Under the pieces are notes generated by a model. It searched no databases. It had not been told where the DNA came from and saw only the letters and a program-made list of their open reading frames with translations. DNA of 64,000 bases from Nitrosopumilus sp. (GTDB taxonomy: Archaea > Thermoproteota > Nitrososphaeria > Nitrososphaerales > Nitrosopumilaceae), in the NCBI GenBank assembly GCA_963667665.2, contig OY763927.2, forward strand, positions 128,001 to 192,000, in the 5' to 3' direction. Shown here piece by piece: positions 40,099 to 52,000 of this stretch. A program made the translations under genes and the position numbers. Every line of letters begins with the position of its first letter. Positions within the stretch are counted from its first letter, which is position 1.

Positions 40099-43000
40099 AC
40101 CGTCATTTATACCCCCAGATTCGCACCATACACGTGCTGTCAGTCATTGTAGTGTTTGCCATATCTGCAGGCATTCTCCTGGCTGCACAGTCAGGATGCA
40201 TCGGTGCGACTCTGGCCGGAACAGACGGCAGCTACAACACGCCTGATACAGGGCTGTCTGAGCACGCCCCTGTGCAGGCAGTAACGGCATGGGAGGGGAT
40301 GTCAAACCTGAGTGTTGCCTGCCAAATTGCAGACACGTTTGCAGATATGTTGTTTACAGGCGTGCTGGATGTTGCCTATGCGGTGCATGCAGTATTGAGT
40401 TTGACTGCCGTTGATAATATCACAGATGATGACATCAGCCTGGTGCTTAACGGCGCATCCGACATCACCACATTCAAGTTGGGCAACCACACATACGCCG
40501 CAGTTGCAGCATATGCTAATTTAGGCGTTCAGATACTAAATGTCACCGACCCATCCAACATCACCGCAGCCGGCAGCATCATAGATATGGGCGAGGAGAC
40601 CGCCGATCTGGAGCTTCGTGGTGCACGAGGCATTACCACATTCGAGTCAGGTGGCCACACATACGCCGCAGTTGCAGCATATTCTTCTGACGGCGTCCAG
40701 ATCCTCAATATTACAAACCCCTCCATCATCACCGCCGCAGGCAACACCGCAGATATCGGCACCAACACCGACGATCTGGAGCTTAACGGTGCACGAGGCA
40801 TCGCCACATTCGTATCAGGCGGCCACACATACGCCGCAGTCGCAGCACATCTTGATGACGGCGTCCAGATCCTCAACATCACCGACCCCTTACACATCAC
40901 CGCAGCCGGCAACATCACAGATACCGACACCCTAGAGCTTGAGGGTGCATCCGGCATCGCCACATTCGAGTCAGGCGGCCACACATACGTAGCAGTCGCA
41001 GCATATCTTGATAACGGCGTCCAGATACTGGATGTCACCGACCCCTTACACATTATCCCCGCAGGTAACATTACAAAGATCGGCAGCAACACCGACGATC
41101 TGGAGCTTAACGGTGCATACGGCATCACCACATTCGTATCAGGCGGCCACACATACGCCGCAGTCGCAGCATTTCTTGATGACGGCGTCCAGATCCTCAA
41201 CATCACCGACCCCTTACACATTACCCCCGCAGGCAGCATAGATACAAGCACCCTGAAGCTTAATGGTGCACAAGACATCACCACGTTCACGTCGGGCGAC
41301 CACACATACGTAGCAGTCGCAGCAAATCGTGATAACGGCGTCCAGATACTGGATGTCACCGACCCCTTACACATCGTCCCCGCAGGCAACATCGCAGATA
41401 TCGGCAACAACAACGACGATCTGGAGCTTAATCGTGCACAAGGCATCACCACGTTCGAGTCAGGCGGTCACATATACGCCGCAGTTGCAGCATTTGAGGA
41501 TGACGGCGTCCAGATCATAAGAATCGATATACCACCTGACACCACGTCCCCGGCAGATGCGTTTGTGACCACGTGGAGGACGACTTCTGCAGACGAGTCG
41601 ATAACCCTCCCGCTAGTAGGAACCGACATCACCATTAATTGGGGCGACGGCAGCACCACCGCCGGCGTCTCGACACCCGTTGACCACACCTACAATACTG
41701 CCGGCGACTATACCGTCCAGATAACCGGCGGCCTGACATGGTTTCACCTGAACAATGCCGCCGACGCGTCCAAACTGGTCTCACTGGATCAGTGGGGTAC
41801 CGCCTCATGGGCCTCGATGGAGAACGCCTTTAGCGGCGCCTCCAACATGGTGTACAACGCAGGTGATGCGCCCGATCTCTCAGGCGTGACTGACATGTCC
41901 AACATGTTCGATAGCGCCGCCGCCTTTGACGGCGACCTCTCATCCTGGGACGTCTCGTCTGTCACCGACATGAACAGCATGTTCTCAGGCGCCTCCGTCT
42001 TCAACCAGCCCCTCAACGACTGGGTTGTCTCCTCTGTCACCGACATGTCTGGCATGTTCTACGAAGCCTCCGACTTCAACCAGCCCCTCAACGACTGGAA
42101 CGTCTCCTCTGTCACCGACATGTCCAACATGTTCCGGAGCGCCTCCGACTTCAACCAGCCCCTCAACGACTGGAACGTCTCCTCTGTCACCGACATGTCT
42201 GGCATGTTCTTCCGCGCCTCCTCCTTCAACCAGCTCCTCAACGACTGGAACGTCTCCTCTGTCACCGACATGCACAACATGTTCGCCGTCGCCCGCTCCT
42301 TCAACCAGCCCCTCAACGACTGGGATGTCTCGTCTGTCGCCTCCATGTCCAACATGTTCCACATCGCCTCCGACTTCAACCAGCCCCTCAACAGCTGGAA
42401 CGTCTCGCGCGTGACCAACATGGATGACATGTTCAATTTCGCCACCGCGTTCTCGCAGAACCTCGGGAACTGGTATGTCGTGGCAAACGCCACCTCGATT
42501 GCAAGGGCGGACGTGCCGAGGGTGGTGGCAGAGATCTCCGCGCAGAACGATCACCTCAATGGCCACAAACCGACGTACGGTATCAGCAGGGACAGCGATT
42601 ATGCCTTCTTTGAGATCGTGAACGGCAACAAGATAAACATGACTTCAGTTGGGACAAAGTCCTCCTATAGGGTTAATGTGACTGCCTCGGGTTCAAACGT
42701 CTTTGAGGACGGTAACAATTGGCGCCTGCTGGAGATTAAAGTTACAGATCAAACAACTGATACCACACCACCTGTTATAAAACTTGAAGGTTCCAGTCTT
42801 GTAACGATCACGGTAGACGAGACTTATACGGAACAGGGTGCAGTTTGTGACGACGATGTAGACGCTGACAAGCCAGCCACAGTGGGCGGTGATACTGTCG
42901 ATACCAGCACGGTTGGACAATACACAGTAACATACGACTGTACGGATTCATCAAACAATGAGGCGACACAGGTGTCAAGAACTGTGAATGTACAGTCAGC

Positions 43001-46000
43001 ACCTGACACCGACGCACCTGTCATAATAATTACAGGCTCTGCAAATATTCAACTCACGGTAGTCGAGACTTATACGGAACAGGGTGCAGTTTGTGACGAC
43101 GATGTAGACGCTGACAAGCCAGCCACAGTGGGCGGTGATACTGTCGATACCAGCACGGTTGGACAATACACAGTAACATACGACTGTACGGATTCATCAA
43201 ACAATGAGGCGACACAGGTGTCAAGAACTGTGAATGTACAGTCAGCACCTGACACCGACGCACCTGTCATAATAATTACAGGCTCTGCAAATATTCAACT
43301 CACGGTAGTCGAGACTTATACGGAACAGGGTGCAGTTTGTGACGACGATGTAGACGCTGACAAGCCAGCCACAGTGGGCGGTGATACTGTCGATACCAGC
43401 ACGGTTGGACAATACACAGTAACATACGACTGTACGGATTCATCAAACAATGAGGCGACACAGGTGTCAAGAACTGTGAATGTACAGTCAGCACCTGACA
43501 CCGACGCACCTGTCATAATAATTACAGGCTCTGCAAATATTCAACTCACGGTAGACGAGACTTATACGGAACAGGGTGCAGTTTGTGACGATGATGTAGA
43601 CGCTGACAAGCCAGCCACAGTGGGCGGTGATACTGTCGATACCAGCACGGTTGGACAATACACAGTAACATACGACTGTACGGATTCATCAAACAATGAG
43701 GCGACACAGGTGTCAAGAACTGTGAATGTACAGTCAGCACCTGACACCGACGCACCTGTCATAATAATTACAGGCTCTGCAAATATTCAACTCACGGTAG
43801 ACGAGACTTATACGGAACAGGGTGCAGTTTGTGACGATGATGTAGACGCTGACAAGCCAGCCACAGTGGGCGGTGATACTGCCGATACCAGCACGGTTGG
43901 ACAATACACAGTAACATACGACTGTACGGATTCATCAAACAATGAGGCGACACAGGTGTCAAGAACTGTGAATGTACAGTCAGCACCTGACACCGACGCA
44001 CCTGTCATAATAATTACAGGCTCTGCAAATATTCAACTCACGGTAGACGAGACTTATACGGAACAGGGTGCAGTTTGTGACGATGATGTAGACGCTGACA
44101 AGCCAGCCACAGTGGGCGGTGATACTGCCGATACCAGCACGGTTGGACAATACACAGTAACATACGACTGTACGGATTCATCAAACAATGAGGCGACACA
44201 GGTGTCAAGGACGGTAACTGTAATAGAGACGGGTGCTCCGTTTATCACCACTTGGACTGCCACCGACTCCGACAAGAGCATAACCCTCCCCATGAAAGGC
44301 ATGTACTCCATCCTATGGGGTGACGGCTCCAACAGCACAAATGTCAGCGACTCCCAGTCGCACACGTACAGCACCGCCGGAACCTACACCGTCACCGTAC
44401 TGGGTGATGGCCTTGAGTATATCCGCCTGCACGGCGATACTGCAAACGCGCTCCAGCTCAAGTCGATCGACCAGTGGGGCGACACGAGATGGACCACTAT
44501 GCACGAGGCGTTTTACGGGGCCCGCAACATGGTGTACAATGCGACTGACACGCCGGACCTGAGTCTTGTCACCGACACGTCCTACATGTTCGATAGCGCC
44601 ACCGCCTTTGACGGCGACCTCTCCTCATGGGACGTCTCGGCAGTGACCAACATGAACCGCATGTTCTTCGGCGCCTCCTCATTCAACCAAACCATCTCCT
44701 CTTGGGACGTCTCGGCTGTAACTGACATGCACCGCATGTTCTACGAAGCCTCCGACTTCAACCAGCCCCTCAACGACTGGGATGTCTCCTCGGTAAGTGA
44801 AATGGGCAGCATGTTCTACCAAGCCGCCGACTTCAACCAACCCCTCAACGCCTGGGACGTCTCCTCTGTCACCGACATGTCCGACATGTTTGACTTCGCC
44901 ACCTCCTTCAACCAGCCCCTCAACAGCTGGGACGTCTCGAAGGTGACTAACATGTTCGGCATGTTCAGCAGCGCCTCCTCCTTTAATCAGACCCTCAACA
45001 GCTGGGACGTCTCCTCTGTCACCGACATGTCCTACATGTTCTTTGGCGCCTCCTCCTTTGATCAGCCCCTCAACAACTGGAACGTCTCCTCTGTCACCGA
45101 CATGACCAGCATGTTCGAAGGCGCCACCTCCTTCAACCAGCCCCTCAACAGATGGAACGTCTCCTCTGTCATCGGCGTGGGCATGATCTTCATGTTCCAC
45201 AACGCCGACGACTTTGACCAGAACCTCGGGAACTGGTATGTCGTGGCAAACGCCACCTCGATTGCAAGGGCGGACGTGCCGAGGGTGGTGGCAGAGATCT
45301 CCGCGCAGAACGACCACCTCAATGGCCACAACCTGACGTACGGTATCGGCAGGGACAACGATTATGCCTTCTTTGAGATCGTGAACGACAACAAGATAAA
45401 CATGACTTCAGTTGGGACAAAGTCCTCCTATAGGGTTAATGTGACTGCCTCGGGTTCAAACGTCTTTGAGTCCGGTAACAATTGGCGCCTGCTGGAGATT
45501 AAAGTTACAGATCAAACAACTGATACCACACCACCTGTTATAAAACTTGAAGGTTCCAGTCTTGTAACGATCACGGTAGACGAGACTTATACGGAACAGG
45601 GTGCAGTTTGTGACGACGATGTAGACGCTGACAAGCCAGCCACAGTGGGCGGTGATACTGTCGATACCAGCACGGTTGGACAATACACAGTAACATACGA
45701 CTGTACGGATTCATCAAACAATGAGGCGACACAGGTGTCAAGAACTGTGAATGTACAGTCAGCACCTGACACTGACGCACCTGTCATAATAATTACTGGT
45801 TTAACAAACATTCAACTCACGGTAGACGAGACTTATACGGAACAGGGTGCAGTTTGTGACGACGATGTAGACGCTGACAAGCCAGCCACAGTGGGCGGTG
45901 ATACTGTCGATACCAGCACGGTTGGACAATACACAGTAACATACGACTGTACGGATTCATCAAACAATGAGGCGACACAGGTGTCAAGAACTGTGAATGT

Positions 46001-49000
46001 ACAGTCAGCACCTGACACTGACGCACCTGTCATAATAATTACAGGCTCTGCAAATATTCAACTCACGGTAGTCGAGACTTATACGGAACAGGGTGCAGTT
46101 TGTGACGACGATGTAGACGCTGACAAGCCAGCCACAGTGGGCGGTGATACTGTCGATACCAGCACGGTTGGACAATACACAGTAACATACGACTGTACGG
46201 ATTCATCAAACAATGAGGCGACACAGGTGTCAAGAACTGTGAATGTACAGTCAGCACCTGACACTGACGCACCTGTCATAATAATTACTGGTTTAACAAA
46301 CATTCAACTCACGGTAGACGAGACTTATACGGAACAGGGTGCAGTTTGTGACGACGATGTAGACGCTGACAAGCCAGCCACAGTGGGCGGTGATACTGTC
46401 GATACCAGCACGGTTGGACAATACACAGTAACATACGACTGTACGGATTCATCAAACAATGAGGCGACACAGGTGTCAAGAACTGTGAATGTACAGTCAG
46501 CACCTGACACTGACGCACCTGTCATAATAATTACTGGTTTAACAAATATTCAACTCACGGTAGTCGAGACTTATACGGAACAGGGTGCAGTTTGTGACGA
46601 CGATGTAGACGCTGACAAGCCAGCCACAGTGGGCGGTGATACTGTCGATACCAGCACGGTTGGACAATACACAGTAACATACGACTGTACGGATTCATCA
46701 AACAATGAGGCGACACAGGTGTCAAGAACTGTGAATGTACAGTCAGCACCTGACACTGACGCACCTGTCATAATAATTACAGGCTCTGCAAATATTCAAC
46801 TCACGGTAGACGAGACTTATACGGAACAGGGTGCAGTTTGTGACGACGATGTAGACGCTGACAAGCCAGCCACAGTGGGCGGTGATACTGTCGATACCAG
46901 CACGGTTGGACAATACACAGTAACATACGACTGTACGGATTCATCAAACAATGAGGCGACACAGGTGTCAAGAACTGTGAATGTACAGTCAGCACCTGAC
47001 ACTGACGCACCTGTCATAATAATTACTGGTTTAACAAACATTCAACTCACGGTAGTCGAGACTTATACGGAACAGGGTGCAGTTTGTGACGACGATGTAG
47101 ACGCTGACAAGCCAGCCACAGTGGGCGGTGATACTGTCGATACCAGCACGGTTGGACAATACACAGTAACATACGACTGTACGGATTCATCAAACAATGA
47201 GGCGACACAGGTGTCAAGAACTGTGAATGTACAGTCAGCACCTGACACTGACGCACCTGTCATAATAATTACAGGCTCTGCAAATATTCAACTCACGGTA
47301 GACGAGACTTATACGGAACAGGGTGCAGTTTGTGACGACGATGTAGACGCTGACAAGCCAGCCACAGTGGGCGGTGATACTGTCGATACCAGCACGGTTG
47401 GACAATACACAGTAACATACGACTGTACGGATTCATCAAACAATGAGGCGACACAGGTGTCAAGAACTGTGAATGTACAGTCAGCACCTGACACTGACGC
47501 ACCTGTCATAATAATTACAGGCTCTGCAAATATTCAACTCACGGTAGACGAGACTTATACGGAACAGGGTGCAGTTTGTGACGACGATGTAGACGCTGAC
47601 AAGCCAGCCACAGTGGGCGGTGATACTGTCGATACCAGCACGGTTGGACAATACACAGTAACATACGACTGTACGGATTCATCAAACAATGAGGCGACAC
47701 AGGTGTCAAGAACTGTGAATGTACAGTCAGCACCTGACACTGACGCACCTGTCATAATAATTACTGGTTTAACAAACATTCAACTCACGGTAGTCGAGAC
47801 TTATACGGAACAGGGTGCAGTTTGTGACGACGATGTAGACGCTGACAAGCCAGCCACAGTGGGCGGTGATACTGTCGATACCAGCACGGTTGGACAATAC
47901 ACAGTAACATACGACTGTACGGATTCATCAAACAATGAGGCGACACAGGTGTCAAGAACTGTGAATGTACAGTCAGCACCTGACACCGACGCACCTGTCA
48001 TAATAATTACAGGCTCTGCAAATATTCAACTCACGGTAGACGAGACTTATACGGAACAGGGTGCAGTTTGTGACGACGATGTAGACGCTGACAAGCCAGC
48101 CACAGTGGGCGGTGATACTGTCGATACCAGCACGGTTGGACAATACACAGTAACATACGACTGTACGGATTCATCAAACAATGAGGCGACACAGGTGTCA
48201 AGAACTGTGAATGTACAGTCAGCACCTGACACCGACGCACCTGTCATAATAATTACAGGCTCTGCAAATATTCAACTCACGGTAGACGAGACTTATACGG
48301 AACAGGGTGCAGTTTGTGACGACGATGTAGACGCTGACAAGCCAGCCACAGTGGGCGGTGATACTGTCGATACCAGCACGGTTGGACAATACACAGTAAC
48401 ATACGACTGTACGGATTCATCAAACAATGAGGCGACACAGGTGTCAAGAACTGTGAATGTACAGTCAGCACCTGACACCGACGCACCTGTCATAATAATT
48501 ACTGGTTTAACAAACATTCAACTCACGGTAGTCGAGACTTATACGGAACAGGGTGCAGTTTGTGACGACGATGTAGACGCTGACAAGCCAGCCACAGTGG
48601 GCGGTGATACTGTCGATACCAGCACGGTTGGACAATACACAGTAACATACGACTGTACGGATTCATCAAACAATGAGGCGACACAGGTGTCAAGGACGGT
48701 AATTGTACAGACGGCAGTAACACCTCGCATCACGCTCTCGGCAGATGCGTTTATCACCACATGGAGGACCGACTCTGCCAACCAGACGATCACCATCCCT
48801 GTGGGCGGCTCTACTGCCAGATACAGCATAGACTGGGGCGATAACAGCCCCGCCGAGACGGACATCACTGGTGACAGTACACACACCTATCGTGAGGCGG
48901 ACAGCTACACCGTCTCCATATCAGGCGGCCTTGAGAGGTTCTACCTTGACGGTCAGCAACCCAACGCAGGCAGGCTGGCATCAATCGAGCAGTGGGGCGA

Positions 49001-52000
49001 CACGAAATGGACCACCATGAACGGGGCGTTTGACGGGGCGGCAAACATGGTGTACCGCGCAACCGATGCGCCGAACCTGTCCGGAGTCATCAACATGAGC
49101 GGCATGTTCGGCGGCGCCTCATCCTTCAACGGCGACCTATCCTCCTGGGACGTCTCGTCTGTTACCGACATGAGCGACATGTTCTTTGAAGCCTCCTCTT
49201 TCAACGGCGACCTCTCCTCATGGGACGTCTCGGCAGTGACTAACATGTCCAGCATGTTCGACAACGCCTACGACTTCAACGGCAACCTCTCCTCATGGGA
49301 CGTCTCGGCAGTGACTGACATGTCCAACATGTTCTTCTACGCCATCTCCTTCAACCAGCCCCACAACGACTGGGATGTCTCGTCTGTCACCGACATGTCC
49401 CGCATGTTCGCAGGTGCCATCTCCTTTGACCGGCCCCTCAACTCCTGGAACGTCTCGGCGGTGAACGACATGAGGGGAATGTTCCAGACCGCCTCCTCCT
49501 TCAACCAACCCCTCAACAGCTGGAACGTCTCGGCAGTGACCAACATGAAACGCATGTTCAACTCCGCCTCCTCCTTCAACGGCAACCTCGGAAATTGGTA
49601 CATCACGCTTGACAATGCGTCAGTCACAGGAATCCTGCAGGCAGTTGGAAACATCACACCTCAGAATGAGTTCCTTGCAACCCATGAGCCTACGTACGGT
49701 ATTGGATCCAGTAGCGACTCGGAACACTTTGGCATAAATGGTGCCGCGTTGGTCCTGATGACCATTCCTGATGCCAATCCTGCCATTGTCAACATAACCT
49801 CCACCGGAGACTTTGGCACATCCAATTCCCGCATATTTGAGATAACTATCTTGCCAGGCGTTGCAGACACCACCAACCCAAGGCTTGCATCAATTGAGAG
49901 GTCCAGCCCGACATCCCAGAACACGGACAGCCAGTCGCTGATCTACGAGGTAACCTTTAGCGAAAGCGTCACGGGAGTAACCTCATCTGATTTTATCCTG
50001 TCCCTAGTTGGAAGCAATGCTGGTATCGGTTCTATCACCGGGATATCAGGCTCTGGCAGCGTGTACTATGTGACAGTCTCTGCCGCGCAGGACGGGACGT
50101 ACAACCTCGACCTCGTCTCGTCAGGACACGGCATCAGGGACGCAGCGAACAACCTCCTTAACAACACAACCCCCACCACCGGAACTGACGAGACATACAC
50201 CGTCAGTACCGCAGTTATAGACAACACCAACCCAAGACTTGCATCAATTGAGCGGTACAATCCTGCAACCGAGAATACGGACAACCAGACACTAGTCTAC
50301 AAGGCAACCTTTAGCGAGGATGTCACGGGAGTAACTGCATCCGACTTTGTCCTGTCTCCTAGCAGTACGGGAAGAGTCAGCGGCACCACCCAAGTCACCG
50401 GCATCTCAGGCTCCGGCGACACGTACTACGTTACAGTCTCCTCATCTACTGACGGAACATACAACCTTGATCTTGTCTCATCAGACCACAACATTGTCGA
50501 TGCTGCAAACAACTCGCTGACCAACACGGCTACTACCGGTGCAGACCAGACATACACCGTCAGTACCGCAGTTATAGACAACACCAACCCAAGACTTGCA
50601 TCAATTGAGCGGTACAATCCTGCAACCGAGAATACGGACAGCCAGACACTAGTCTACAAGGCAACCTTTAGCGAGGATGTCACGGGAGTAACTGTATCTG
50701 ACTTTACCTTGTCTTCTGACAGTGCGGGGGGAGAAAGCACATCCACCTCAACTGGACAGTTCACACAGACAAGATCCCCCAATCTTACCATACCTGACCT
50801 TGCAACTGTATCTGATACCATCACAGTCCCTGATTCTGAAACTGCCACATCCGTCTCAGTTGAAGTAGACATTACGCATAACTACATCGGCGATCTCAAG
50901 ATAGACATTATTGCCCCTGATGGCACTTCAATAACACTACACGACAATTCTGGCGGCAGCACCGACAACATAGACCAGCCGTACGCCCCGTTATTTGGAA
51001 GCATCCCCATCTCAGGTGTCTGGACCCTGCAGATACACGACAGGACTGCTCCCGATCCAGGAGTCCTGAACAGCTGGACACTTACCATCAATTACGGCAC
51101 CACCACCACTGTCAGCTCCGTTACTGACATCTCAGGTTCAGGTGATGTGTACTATGTGACAGTCTCTGCCACGCAGGACGGCACATACAACCTTGATCTT
51201 GTCTCATCAGACCACAACATTGTCGATGCTGCAAACAACTCGCTGACCAACACGGCTACCACCGGTGCAGACCAGACATACACCGTCAGTACCGCAGTTA
51301 TAGACAACACCAACCCAAGACTTGCATCAATTGAGCGGTACAATCCTGCAACCGAGAATACGGACAACCAGACACTAGTCTACAAGGCAACCTTTAGCGA
51401 GGATGTCACGGGAGTAACTGCATCCGACTTTGTCCTGTCTCCTAGCAGTACGGGAAGAGTCAGCGGCACCACCCAAGTCACCGGCATCTCAGGCTCCGGC
51501 GACACGTACTACGTTACAGTCTCCTCATCTACTGACGGAACATACAACCTTGATCTTGTCTCATCAGACCACAACATTGTCGATGCTGCAAACAACTCGC
51601 TGACCAACACGGCTACTACCGGTGCAGACCAGACATACACCGTCAGTACCGCAGTTATAGACAACACCAACCCAAGACTTGCATCAATTGAGCGGTACAA
51701 TCCTGCAACCGAGAATACGGACAGCCAGACACTAGTCTACAAGGCAACCTTTAGCGAGGATGTCACGGGAGTAACTGTATCTGACTTTACCTTGTCTTCT
51801 GACAGTGCGGGGGGAGAAAGCACATCCACCTCAACTGGACAGTTCACACAGACAAGATCCCCCAATCTTACCATACCTGACCTTGCAACTGTATCTGATA
51901 CCATCACAGTCCCTGATTCTGAAACTGCCACATCCGTCTCAGTTGAAGTAGACATTACGCATAACTACATCGGCGATCTCAAGATAGACATTATTGCCCC

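Noticed and set aside
41880-49600. CRISPR array interpretation of the conserved/variable 75-bp periodicity
   Set aside because: The units are in-frame protein repeats, the variable parts are only a few codons, and no cas genes are present.
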